Source of the DNA: Octopus sinensis
Lineage: Eukaryota
DNA: 64,000 nt
Direction of reading: 5' to 3'
Assembly (NCBI RefSeq): GCF_006345805.1
Contig: NC_043008.1
Coordinates: forward strand, 12,834,001 to 12,898,000
This document shows, in pieces, positions 49,621 through 63,034 of the stretch. Position 1 is the stretch's first letter. Each line of letters starts with the position of its first letter. The notes below the pieces were generated by a model. That model saw only the letters and a program-made list of their open reading frames with translations, did not search any database and was not told the origin of the DNA. The translations under genes were made by a program, and so were the position numbers.

Positions 49621-51085
49621 TCCTTCCTCGGTCTAAGTGTGATCCAGGACTACATCTCAGACAAATAGATGAGCTGTGGAAAATCCTGTCTGGGAAACGG
49701 CGACCACACCTGATCACTGTCCAGCAAGCACTGCAGACGTCGTAGCCTCGGCGCTTGTCTGTGGTTACCTGCCACTGCTGGTGCTGTTGATGCTGTTGTT
49801 GTTGTGGTGGTGGTGTCGGTAAAGTGGGGTATGGCTGCTGTGGACAAAAGTCCTTCAGATGAATTCTAACACAAGTGAGAACTCGGCTTTCTGAGCTCAA
49901 CGCCCATATGAAGGTTAGCGTTATCTGGGAAACTTATAATATCAGGGTTTGTCTCTCTTTCTATATTCTTCATCCATCTGCACCCACATATCCATGCCTA
50001 AACACAGTAGTTTTGTGTTTTAAGTGTCTGCACCTGTAGCATATTTCTTTGTTCTCTATGTCCTGCGGGACAGCTGCTTCTAAACAGCAGATGCCTATGT
50101 TTGGCGGTATGTCTTCAATTTTAATTTTCTCTATTCGACAACCCAGGTGTATATTTAACAGATCTAGTTCTTTATTTTAAATCAAATTGGAGTGTTTCTT
50201 TGCGTCCTACACCACGGCAAGTCTCACCTCTACAATGCCGTATCGTTTCCCACACGCAACATATGTTTTTGTGCCCCACCCTGTGTCATCCGTTTTAGTT
50301 TACGAATTTTATTCCATTTTGCATAACATTCATTTTATTCAGTTTGCATATTATTGTCTTTCTGAGTGTGTCCCCTTCATGGGTGCAAAGAGTAATCCTC
50401 CTATATGTGTGCGTGTGTGAGCTCGTCTATTTGTCCCCCTCCTTTTTTAATATGCTTCTTGACATTTTGAAATATCCAGTGTGTTTCACATTATCTTTCG
50501 CTTGATGCCGCGGTGAAATCGTAGGCGCTTCACTTGTGTTTTCTGTCGTTTTCAGCGACTGTGTTGGCGTTAGTGGTGTTTAGTGGTTGATGCGTTGATT
50601 AAATTTGCACGTGCTGTGTGGGAACATGTGTTTTTTGTTTTTAATTTTGCCTGTTTTTCTCGTTCGTTATTGATGCTCTGGTCGACGTTTATGATGGCAG
50701 TGATGGTACAAGTGTTCTTGTTTACGCATGTTTTTTTCTCTCTTTTAGCTTTTGACAATGTTCGTGGTACTGGTGTTGTTGTTGTTGTTGTTGTTGCTGT
50801 TTCTATCTTTGCTGCTGCTCTATCTTTCCCTATATGATAGATAAGCCGCGGGGAATTGACACAGCGAAAGAAAATTTCGTTTTGAAAATCACCTGCCACA
50901 TTCTTTTCTTCTTGGTCTGACTTATGCTCAGAACCTTACGGTGTGCTTAAAACATGACAGACTAAGCCAAAAAATGGAAAGAAAAATAGACTAGTAACAA
51001 TTAAAACAAGTCAAGAGCCTACGGAGGAATCACTATACGTTCAGTCTTGGCGATAAACAGTAATAATAATAATAATAATAATATA

Positions 51086-51147
<62 letters not shown>

Positions 51148-51298
51148 TAATAATAATAATAATTACTATCATGGTTCAGTCCTACTACATGGCACCTTGG
51201 GCAAGTGTCTTCTACTATAGCCTTGGGCTGACCAAAGCCTTGTGAGTGGATTTGGTAGACGGAAACTGAAAGAAGCCCGTCGTATATATGTATATGAG

Positions 51299-51333
<35 letters not shown>

Positions 51334-52960
51334 ATGTTTGAGTGTCTGTGTTTGCCCCCCCCCACCGACATCAACCTGACAACCGATGCTGGTGTGTTTA
51401 TGTCCCCGTAACTTCACACTCGCCTACCAATAACTTCTCATAGAAAACCGGAGTGGAACTTCACCGACCGAATTGCTTGCCTGACAGAGGACTGTCAGCG
51501 CCTGAACACCTTAGCTGACAGGCATCCTTCCTCGGTCTAAGTGTGATCCAGGACTACATCTCAGACAAATAGATGAGCTGTGGAAAATCCTGTCTGGGAA
51601 ACGGCGACCACACCTGATCACTGTCCAGCAAGCACTGCAGACGTCGTAGCCTCGGCGCTTGTCTGTGGTTACCTGCCACTGCTGGTGCTGTTGATGCTGT
51701 TGTTGTTGTGGTGGTGGTGTCGGTAAAGTGGGGTATGGCTGCTGTGGACAAAAGTCCTTCAGATGAATTCTAACACAAGTGAGAACTCGGCTTTCTGAGC
51801 TCAACGCCCATATGAAGGTTAGCGTTATCTGGGAAACTTATAATATCAGGGTTTGTCTCTCTTTCTATATTCTTCATCCATCTGCACCCACATATCCATG
51901 CCTAAACACAGTAGTTTTGTGTTTTAAGTGTCTGCACCTGTAGCATATTTCTTTGTTCTCTATGTCCTGCGGGACAGCTGCTTCTAAACAGCAGATGCCT
52001 ATGTTTGGCGGTATGTCTTCAATTTTAATTTTCTCTATTCGACAACCCAGGTGTATATTTAACAGATCTAGTTCTTTATTTTAAATCAAATTGGAGTGTT
52101 TCTTTGCGTCCTACACCACGGCAAGTCTCACCTCTACAATGCCGTATCGTTTCCCACACGCAACATATGTTTTTGTGCCCCACCCTGTGTCATCCGTTTT
52201 AGTTTACGAATTTTATTCCATTTTGCATAACATTCATTTTATTCAGTTTGCATATTATTGTCTTTCTGAGTGTGTCCCCTTCATGGGTGCAAAGAGTAAT
52301 CCTCCTATATGTGTGCGTGTGTGAGCTCGTCTATTTGTCCCCCTCCTTTTTTAATATGCTTCTTGACATTTTGAAATATCCAGTGTGTTTCACATTATCT
52401 TTCGCTTGATGCCGCGGTGAAATCGTAGGCGCTTCACTTGTGTTTTCTGTCGTTTTCAGCGACTGTGTTGGCGTTAGTGGTGTTTAGTGGTTGATGCGTT
52501 GATTAAATTTGCACGTGCTGTGTGGGAACAATGTGTTTTTGTTTTTAATTTTGCCTGTTTTTCTCGTTCGTTATTGATGCTCTGGTCGACGTTTATGATG
52601 GCAGTGATGGTACAAGTGTTCTTGTTTACGCATGTTTTTTTCTCTCTTTTAGCTTTTGACAATGTTCGTGGTACTGGTGTTGTTGTTGTTGTTGTTGCTG
52701 TTTCTATCTTTGCTGCTGCTCTATATTTCCCTATATGATAGATAAGCCGCGGGGAATTGACACAGCGAAAGAAAATTTCGTTTTGAAAATCACCTGCCAC
52801 ATTCTTTTCTTCTTGGTCTGACTTATGCTCAGAACCTTACGGTGTGCTTAAAACATGACAGACTAAGCCAAAAAATGGAAAGAAAAATAGACTAGTAACA
52901 ATTAAAACAAGTCAAGAGCCTACGGAGTAATCACTATACGTTCAGTCTTGGCGATAAACA

Positions 52961-53024
<64 letters not shown>

Positions 53025-53027
53025 GCC

Positions 53028-53235
53028 TTTCTACTATAGGTGCAAGAACTAGAATTTCGGGGAAGAGGCCTAGTCGATTACATCGACTCCAGTGCTTGAC
53101 TGGTACTTATTTTATTGACCCCGAAGGTATGAAAGGCAAAAATCAACCCCGACGAAATTCGAAATTAGAATGTAAAGACAGACGAAATACCGATAAGCAT
53201 TTCGTTCGGTGTCCTAATGATTCTGTCAGCTCATT
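53028..53235 (-). mobile_element. SINE family A, degenerate
   Basis: gtcgattacatcgactccagtgcttgactggtacttattttattgaccccgaagg.atgaaaggc. Confidence 0.85.
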
Positions 53236-53364
53236 CATAATAATAATAATAATAATAATAATATAATATAATAATAATAATATTATATGCGAAGCGAAGG
53301 ACTTGTACAAGAAGCACGAAGAGGTTTATAGTATATTCCATGTAGTATATATATATATATCTAT

Positions 53365-53570
53365 ATAGTTAATCCAAACAAGAAGCACAAAAAAACACAA
53401 CAACGCGAGGACGTGGAACAAATATGGTATTATTGGACGCTCAGGAAAGAAGGAAAAAAGGAGGGTTTAACGTTTCGAGCGGAGCTCTTCGTCGGAAACA
53501 TAGGAGAAGGAAAGATCCAGAGAAGGGAAGACACAGGAAACAAAAATCGCCAACGGTACACACGCGGTCA
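53365..53570 (-). mobile_element. Penelope-like terminal repeat fragment with hammerhead-like motif 53465-53499
   Basis: Minus: GTTT CCGACGA A GAGC tcc GCTC GAA ACGT T AAAC. Confidence 0.6.
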
Positions 53571-54019
53571 TATATATATATATATATATATATTGACTTT
53601 TTTTTAAAATTTGCAGCGCTTATTCTTAGGGTATGGTAATTGCTTTCTGGCAACTAGGAACACCAAATCGGGACAGGTAATTTTCAAGTGGTATTAATTG
53701 CTCAAGGGAAAATATACCTGATTGTTTAGAAAAGTTTTGTGTGAACAGGAATTGCTTAGTAAACGGCATCGGTACACAGATGCATTCCATTGACTCCATT
53801 CAAACGATATAACGCATAAAGCTTTATATTGAGAATGTAATAAGGTATGTCTGATATCCTTCAGGTCATACTTAGTAACAAAATTCTAACGTTTAGAACA
53901 AAATCAATGATATGTATAAGATTATGAGATGTATAATATTATCCCTACACATTCACATAATAAAAATTCCCGCACAAAATATACATATGCTTCAGCACGT
54001 GAATGTGTATGTGTATTCT

Positions 54020-54252
54020 TATTTCTCTACTGCCCACAAGGGGCTACACACAGAGAGGACAAACAAGGACAGACGAACGGATTAAGTCGCTTACAATGAC
54101 CCCCAGTGAGCAACTGGTACTTAATTTATCGACCCCGAAAGGATGAAAGGCAAAGTCAACCTCAGCGGAATTTGAACTCAGTACGTAGCGGCAGACGAAA
54201 TACCGCTAAGCATTTCGCCCGGTGCGCTAACGATTCTGCCAGTTCGCCGCCT
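54020..54252 (-). mobile_element. SINE family A copy
   Basis: Well-preserved rc of family A. Confidence 0.92.
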
Positions 54253-56136
54253 TTGTATGTGTATTCTTGTATACACTTCCAGCGTGTGCAACTATTCGCC
54301 TAAAGAATTTCAGACGGAAAATCTTTGTCTTATATATCTTTACTGTGACATAAATAGATTGGATTTGGAGAATTGGCACTAGTTTCTTTTCGTCTTCCCT
54401 TCTAGAATTTTGTCTACATTTCTGGGATCATAGCCTAATTTACTTATGGTGATAGGTACAAGCGAGAATTTATACTTAGGGTACGAGAGTAGCATCCTTG
54501 AATGAATACTACTGTTTTCAGCATATAATATTACATCCATCACAGATGCCAATCATAAAGAAATAGTACAATTATTTGGAGTTTTTCATAGATGACAGTG
54601 CTATATTCAAATAGATTAATGAATCCTAAATTATCTAAATGTCTGATCGGAAAATTTTAATCAGTGCCGCCAACTCGAGAAGTACCTTCTGCTCTACTGG
54701 AAGGTATTACTACTTTCTCAATAAATGTGCCGATAATGAACTATTTGCCAGAAAAATAAATCGAACATTACTAGTACTTCCTTCTTTAGACATAACTCAA
54801 TAATTAATTGAGTAGATTGACATTTCTGATTTGAAGAAAACTAGGTTGATATTTCTAACTGATTGGCTGAACAGGATGAGACTACCTCATGAACTTCCGC
54901 TTTCTGCCCTTATTTTTGGTGAACATGCAGTTTCATTGTGTCGCCACGGCCCACACATTTTCTAGCAACAGACATATTTATTCACAGCGGTTCTAGTCAT
55001 AAACATTTAATCTTTTTTCATATATAAAAATATATAAGGAACTACATATATGCCCTTCATTTCAGGAAGCTTGCTTATACTTCGGAGAAATGTGATTCAA
55101 TTTCTAGCGCAACGACTGACCACTTTCAGCGTCGTAGGCTTCTATTTTCTGCTATAATTGTTTGTGCAGCATCTGCTCTCACTATTTTTGTCATTTGTCT
55201 TAGATTAGTTATGGTTAAGGCGCACTCAAAATGAAAAAATTTCAAACAATACCTAAGACTACTTTGTATATCTTATTTCTTTATAGAGAATATAAGATAT
55301 ATATTTCAGGTATTTTAGTTGTTATTTCTATCATCTCGGTCGCCTTTGTTTTGTATGATGCGCAAAAAGCAAACCTTGTTCTGGATTATTTATACTTATT
55401 TTAACATTTTGTTTTCTATTATCATAAAAAAACACTCCCAGAACTGTGACACATACACACACGCGCACGCAATACATATCGTTACATTATTGTTTAAAGT
55501 AATCTCAAGAACTGTAGGCATTATAGAAAGAGGAAACTATGTTACGTTAAGTACATGTAAGAACAAAGCAATCTTAAAACCATACTCACTTTCTGTTGTT
55601 TTCTGTCTTTTGGGAACTTTCAGCAGAAAAGAACAACCATTTAGACTAACGTTTAATCAAGTTTTGATGTCTTTTTAAATAAAACCAGCTGTCACGATGA
55701 TATTTATCAATATACATTCAATTTAACTTTAGTTGAAAAATCCCACTTGACAGGTAAAAGTTATTTCTAGTTTCACTTTCACAATTCCAGCTTCACTCTG
55801 TATGACATTCTTGAAGCCCTGCAAAAAATTTAGTCTTTCGAATGCAATAAAAAGTTACTTTGTTATATAATTCTTCCTGCTAACTCAATTTCATCATTTT
55901 TTATTCTTTCAAAAAAAACATGCTATAAACAAGAAACTTGGGAAACAAAACATTGTTTAAAGTCTTCTTTCAAAATGTGATTATTTGTAATCAAATATTC
56001 GAATAAAATAAAATAGAATAAATACAATATCTACATAAAGAAATACATTACATAACACAGTTTTCTTCAAATCTTTTATAAGAGACCAGATACTATTTTA
56101 TATATGTATAGTGGCGTGTAGGTGTAAATGCATGTG

Positions 56137-56201
<65 letters not shown>

Positions 56202-56532
56202 TTGCATTTTTATCAGTATTTTTTATATTTCCTTATATTTTTTCTAGTTTTATAGGAAGATACAGGCGTCTTAAATACGTCATTAACATTGCAATGATTG
56301 GAAGTGTCAGTTTCAGGAAAAGGTAACTCTCGATGATTAAGGGGCACGAAATTATCGATCGACAATTAATTATGCCCATTTTTTAAATTCGCTTTCTCGT
56401 CTTACTTTCCTTGCAATCAGTAATAACTGGGTGTTCTGACTATTTGAAACATGAAACTGAACTGCAAGAACTTTACATTTCTCTGAAATTTCAGTTTGTC
56501 ACTTCTCAGTGAAGCATATTAAGCTGTGCCTG

Positions 56533-56621
<89 letters not shown>

Positions 56622-56713
56622 GTATATATATATGTTTATATATATATATATACATATATATATATACATACACATACACACGCACACATACACACTCATA
56701 TACATATACATAC

Positions 56714-56745
<32 letters not shown>

Positions 56746-58290
56746 ACGCATTACAAACAACTGGCACATGCAAGTGCTACCAGTCGAGAACTCCACATAC
56801 CAGAAACCAGCAAGTGTATGAAAATGCACGCCGTTTCGGATCCTATCTCTCTTCGGCACCAATGCGCACCGGCCCCTCACTGATATGGGACCCTGCTTGC
56901 TAGATCAACTGGTTATTAAATAAAGCACAATATTCCTCTAGCTATCACTCATCGTCTTATTTAACCAAATCCAGTGGCTACCCTTTTCCACTGTAGTTTG
57001 GATATAGGTCACGGTGAAGATATTTACTTCACGATGAGTTATCCTAAAAATATCAACAGCCGCTTAATATTTCTAATGAATATTAATTAGCACATTCAAT
57101 CAAACGTGGATATATTGTAGTCATCTTTCGTGTAGATAGAAAATATTTTTGTAGTGTACTCCAGTAGATTTCTTGAAACGTATACTGCAGTCTAAAGCAT
57201 TGTAATCAACATAACCAAGCTGCGTTGTAAGGGCTTATTAATATATACGTGTGTATGTGTGTGTGCGCGTGTGTGTGTGTGTGTGTGTGTGTGTATGTTT
57301 CAATCCTTGCACACTGATAACGACTCATTTTCTCGAGTTGGGGCCCCATAAGTCACATCGACTAATTTGCTATATAAATGCGATATCGTTCTTAAATAAA
57401 AACATTTTTCTAACGTGCATTGTTTCAATGGATGTTATCGTATTGTGCAGATAACTATTCTTAACCGTATTTTCTCCATACATTTGCTGCACGATATGAG
57501 GTATTTGCTTTCACTATTTTAGGAAACGTTCCTAATTACAATGCAAAACTCATGTTGCAGGGAAAGCGACTTCTTCAAAATATGGAGCAGACGAACGTAG
57601 TAATGAATACCAGTGATAGGGGGCGAAAATAATAATAATAGAACGAACAAAGAAACGAAAGATAGTCAAACGAAGAAACATGTTGCTTTTGTAGATCTGG
57701 GAAGAATTGGTTGCTTCCAGAAATCTGCAACTTTGCAAATTGCACTCAGTACTTGGTAGCTTTCATTCCGAATTCTTTTTTCAACACTGAATCATTCTTC
57801 TGCTTTGAATGCAGTCAAACAGTTATTTACTATCGGCATCATGAAACAACATTCATATAACAGGAGAGAGGCGGCTCTAATCATATTATTATTCGTCAGC
57901 AGATGATGCTCACTTTGGTTCAGTCTACCGTTATTTATCAGTTTATCGAATCGCTTCGCTTTGTTTACAGAACAAATGATTTTGTTCTTAGTATTTTAAT
58001 TGCATATTTTTACATTCTCTAATGAGGGAGATGTTGATTCAGTCCCCCAGCAATGTTTTCGTTATTTAATACATCACGGGATTCAGTTCTACTATTACGG
58101 TTTTAATTATTTATTTACAGTTATGCTAGGTTGTAGTTCTGAGGTGGTCTTTTGAGTTTGTATTTGCGGAATTCTAGCTTCCATTATCCAGTACAGTGAA
58201 TTGCATGGGCCTGTATCGCTGTGTGTGTCTCTGCTGACTGATGTAATTAATTTAAAAGATGCTAATGTTGTAATATTGCCAGTGTGTATG

Positions 58291-58343
<53 letters not shown>

Positions 58344-58360
58344 CATAATATATATACATA

Positions 58361-58397
<37 letters not shown>

Positions 58398-58440
58398 AAT
58401 ATATAAACATATATATGTTTATATATATAATATATCTATA

Positions 58441-58526
<86 letters not shown>

Positions 58527-58590
58527 GGGAGTAAATCCAAACTTACAGGGAAAAATTAGATTTAGGATTAAATCTAATTTTACAGTATAA

Positions 58591-58678
58591 ATATAAGTTA
58601 AATTCGAGATAAAACCACTATTAGGCAAATCGAACACTGTTTGATTTGGTTAATAGTGGTTTTATCTCGAATTTAATT

Positions 58679-58683
<5 letters not shown>
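58591..58683. repeat. Near-perfect palindrome, 46-bp arms, 1-nt centre at 58637
   Basis: ttaaattcgagataaaaccactatta...caaatcgaaca c tgtttgatttg...taatagtggttttatctcgaatttaa. Confidence 0.92.
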
Positions 58684-58715
<32 letters not shown>

Positions 58716-59764
58716 GTATCTATGTATGTATGTACTTGAACACATAAGATAAGCCGGAAGAAAAACCGCCAAGTATTTTGTCCGGCATTCTGGTTATTCT
58801 GCCAGCTCTCTGCCTTCAGCGAATTTCCCTATCACTCTAATATCAGGAGATACGAAACAAGGAAAATGCTTAAGAGCTTGTCTTCCCACTTTCCATTCTG
58901 AGTTCAAATGACACCGAGGTCGACTTTGACCTTAATACTTCCGGGTTCGAGGTTGTCGAAAGCTTGTCCCACAGAGAAGGTTTCGGCTTACTTTGTGGTA
59001 CCTCTCCGTGCGTGTATGTTTGTATTACTCCTTAACCCAGCTCTATATTCTGGTGTCATTGAACAATATTTCGATAAAATTTATACAACAACTTGCCACT
59101 TAACACCAAACGAAAATTCAGTCGAAAAATAACAATTTACTTGTACAAAAGGTGTCTTTACTATAACACATTATTTAAAACATAATTATAAATTTCAGAC
59201 TTCTATAACGCAATATCTAATAAGGACAGGCAGCTATCCTAGCCAAACAGGATATAGCAGATAACAGACAGTATACATTTCTAGGTACGTGTATATATAT
59301 ATATATATATATTTGTATGTATGTGTGTATATATATATATATATATAATATTATAGAATGATTTAAAAGATACACCGGTGACATATACATTATAATAAAT
59401 AAATAAGCTGGACACCAGGAAACAAGTAATGGTCTGCATCAGCTAATATATACTATTGTAAATTTTTAATGGATACTGAAAATAGTTGCGTTTGAATCTC
59501 AGGGAGAAGCTGACGTCAATACATACACACGTGCGCGCGCACACATACACACAAACGCGCACACACACATATATACCTGAGTATATATTTTTACATGTTA
59601 CTACTACTACTACTACTACTACTATTATCATAATTTTTTTCTCTTTAACCCAAGTTTTGTTGCAGCCACCTGCAGCCGACGGTACCATGCTATTTGTTCT
59701 TTTCAGGTATCTAATACTGTCCTCATAATAATTCTTTATCCTCTTATTCTTTTATTCTTCTTTT

Positions 59765-60166
59765 ATTTTTTTACTTGTTTCAGTCATTTGACTGCGGCCA
59801 TGCTGGAGCACCGCCTTTAATCGAGCAACTCGACCCCGGGACTTATTCTTTTGCAAGCCCAGTACTTATTCTATCGGTCTCTTTTGCCGAACCGCTAAGT
59901 AACGGGGACATAAACACACCAGCATCGGTTGTCAAGCAATGCTAGGAAGACAAACACAGACACAAACACACACACGCATAAATATATATATATACATATA
60001 TACGACGGGCTTCTTTCAGTTTCCGTCTACCAAATCCACACACACGGCTTTGGTCGGCCCGAGGATATAGTAGAAGACACTCGCCCAAGGTGCCACGCAG
60101 TGGGACTGAACCCGGAACCATGTGGTTGGTAAACAAGCTACCTACCACACAGCCACTCCTGCGCCT
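59765..60166 (-). mobile_element. SINE family B, full length, young
   Basis: Nearly identical to 6050-6461. Confidence 0.93.
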
Positions 60167-60191
60167 ATATAAAATTATTATTATTATTATT

Positions 60192-62272
60192 ACTTTTTTT
60201 TTCTTCTTTCAAGTTTGCTTCCATTTCTTGCCGAGTGTCTTCCCGACTCCTAGGGCAAAGAAACTCATAGTATACATTGGTAGGCCATTAAACCAAACTC
60301 AGTAGTTCGTTCATTTTTTTTATTTTTTTAAAGTTAAATTAAAATACATGAGCAGCAACAGTTCTCACATCGACAATGCTCTTCTCAATACGTGTGATGT
60401 ACCAGTTAAGACAATCTTTTGCACTTCTTGCAGGGATGGTAGCCAGGGATCATTCTCATATAATTTTCGGTTCCCTTGTTGATCATTCCTAGTACTCCTA
60501 CGATCACTGGTATTGTAACCGCCTTGAGATGCTACATTTTCTCAATTTCAATGAGTAGGTCTTTATATTTTCTGAGCTTGTCAAACTCTTTCGCTGAGAT
60601 ATTATGATCACAGGGGATGCTCATGTCGATCAATAAGCAAACTTTATTGTTTTGGTCTTTCACACACAATATCTGGTTTATTGGCCTTGATGGTTCGGTC
60701 TGTATGTACTGGAAAGTCCCCAGAATGGTTACATTTTCTCCTTCAGTTACAGCCTCAGGGTGGTGATTATACCACTTGTCGGCAGTTTTTATATTGTAAT
60801 GCCGACTTATTAGCCAGTGGAATATTGGCCACTCTGTCATGTCTTAATTTATACTCCACTGGTGCTAAGACTTTACATCCAGAGATTAGGTGGTCCACTG
60901 TTTCAATCATGTCGTTGCAGAATCGGCATTTTGGGTCTGCTCCATTTTTCATCACATTGGCCTGGTAGTTCCGGGTTAATATTTGATCTGAGCAGCCAGG
61001 ATGAAACCTTCGCTCTCTGCTTTTAGCCCTGAGCTCCGTAGCCACTGATGGGTTTGCTTCTGGTCAACATCAGCTTGTTTGCTGCGGGTCACATATTTGC
61101 CGTGCAGAGGTTTCTCCTCCCACCTATCAGCCAATTGCTCGTGCGCTTTTTTCATTGCCATCATTTTCACCTTCTTTGCAACAATAGTTGCCGTACTTCC
61201 CTCGGGTTGTTCAGCTTGGGTATCCTGCACGAGATCAATAGCAATTTTTTTGCTTTTTTATTTTTTTGCTTTCCTTTATGATAGAATGAAGCTCTTTCGT
61301 CTCTCGTGATTTCCACGAGCTTTAGCATCCAGTCATTCGATATTTCGAGATATTTGGCCAGTCCAATTGTGGTTGTTTTGTAAGCTAGTTCAAATTGGAT
61401 CAGGCCTCGACCTCCTTGGGCTCTGGGAAGGTAAAGGCGATCTACGTCTGCCTTTGGGTGGTGCATCCTATTACAACTCAGCAGCTTGCGTATTTTCCTA
61501 TCTATATTCTTTACTTCACTCATATTCCAGTTCAACATTGTAGCTATAAGTAACAACTGGAACTGCTAAGGAATTTATAGCTAACACCTTGTACGTGACG
61601 TGCATATAGTTCAGATTCAGGACTGCACGAACTCTCCTATAACATTCCTTCCTGATTTTCTCTTTCATGCTTGAATGCTGAATACCAGAGCCTTCATTTA
61701 TCCCTAAATATTTGTATGTTTGTTCTTGCTCAAGCTCTCTTATGACTGTGTCAACATCTAACACGACTGAATTTGTGGTCTTCACTTTCCCTTTCTGGAA
61801 AGTGGCCTTGGCACACTTCTCAAGTCCAAACTCCATCCCGATGTCATCGCTGAATGCTTTCACGGTGCGCAATAGGCCTTCAAGTTCATTATTGTCTTTA
61901 CCATAAAGTTTTAAGTCATCCATATAAAAGAGATGGCTTATTTTTGTATTGGCAATTTTATACCCATACCCTGTTCTGTTTAATTCACCTGTAAGGGGTA
62001 TTAGGGCTATGCAGAATATTAAAGGTGAAAGTGATTCACCTTGAAAAATTCCACAGTTGATGTTTATATTTTCTGATGCAAGTACTCCATTAGAATGGTA
62101 TAATTGGAGATTCGTATTCCACAACGACATATTGTGCTTCAGGAAGTTTGAAATCACAGGGGAAATTTTGAAGATGTCCAGCGATCTCAAGATCCATGGA
62201 TGCGGTATACTGTCGAAGGCCTTTTTATAGTCAATCCATGCGGTGTTGAGATTTCTGCGCTTGTTGTGACAG

Positions 62273-62274
<2 letters not shown>
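60192..62274 (-). mobile_element. R4/Dong-like LINE copy 2, 5'-truncated within RT, frameshifted, inside (TAA)n
   Basis: WIDYKKAFD, GIFQGESLSP, LFYMDDLKLY (RT); GGRGL; CRFC..HLISGC, RHD, LLIDMSIP (CCHC + RLE); stop at 60365-67; 3' UTR matches copy 1; TAA on both sides. Confidence 0.95.
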
Positions 62275-62354
<80 letters not shown>

Positions 62355-62358
<4 letters not shown>

Positions 62359-62545
62359 AGTTTTATTTTTATAGCGTGCTGTCACTTCACTACCGAGCGC
62401 AGCTCTGTGTGCCTTGGATATGTGGTGTGATTTGTTGTGATGCTCTGATGGTTATTGTATGGAAAGTGTTCTGCGTAGGATGTGTGCAGTGCCTAGTAGT
62501 GCAATTTTCTGTATGTTATATGTGTGTGGTAAGTCCTAGTGTTTT
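62355..62545 (-). mobile_element. Extreme 3' fragment of a third R4/Dong-like subfamily between two (TAA)n arrays
   Basis: Minus translation NIQKIALLGTAHILRRTLSIQ* is homologous to VQKIVLTGTSHVLRRALSM*; different 3' UTR ending aaaataaaactcctg then TAA repeats. Confidence 0.85.
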
Positions 62546-62569
62546 TGTTATGTATTATTATTATTATTA

Positions 62570-62612
<43 letters not shown>

Positions 62613-62619
62613 GTTGTTA

Positions 62620-62684
<65 letters not shown>

Positions 62685-62742
62685 TATTATTATTACTATT
62701 ACTATTATATTATTATTATTATTATTGTAATTATTATTATTT

Positions 62743-62773
<31 letters not shown>

Positions 62774-62780
62774 TATCACT
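62545..62780. repeat. Long (ATT)n array
   Basis: Direct. Confidence 0.97.
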
Positions 62781-63034
62781 TAAAACTGTTCGATTCGTCA
62801 AATTCTCCTACGCTCTTCCTTTCGTTCGTCGATACACTCGTGTGTTTTGTGATTGGATGTATATATATATATATATATATATGTACATCCATAAATTTGG
62901 GATTTATGGCGGGTCAAAGTTGGGAACAAAAACATGGCAATACAGACATAAAAGGATAGCGAACGGAAACAATCATGGAAGGTCGTTAGACCAGGACCCG
63001 TGGAAAATATTGAACGCTGGGAGAAATATTTTCT

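Larger units (their letters stand above)
49265..52990. repeat. Near-identical tandem duplication, offset 1904 bp, bounded by (TAA)n arrays
   Basis: ORFs 49607-49900 and 51511-51804 are identical; TAA arrays at 49110-49262, 51060-51165, 52960-53025; only scattered differences. Confidence 0.96.

Noticed and set aside
49650-49790. Hydrophobic stretch ...LPLLVLLMLLLLWWWCR resembling a transmembrane helix
   Set aside because: Produced by a (GTT/GGT/GCT)n trinucleotide run within a stop-ridden remnant.
56823-56862. Hammerhead-like CCGAAGA..GAT agg ATC..GAAAC motif as a functional ribozyme
   Set aside because: Cleavage triplet would be GUG and stem II has a mismatch; kept only as a decayed relative.
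57550-57738. Minus ORF with a TM-like segment
   Set aside because: Open frames are explained by a pyrimidine-rich low-complexity strand.
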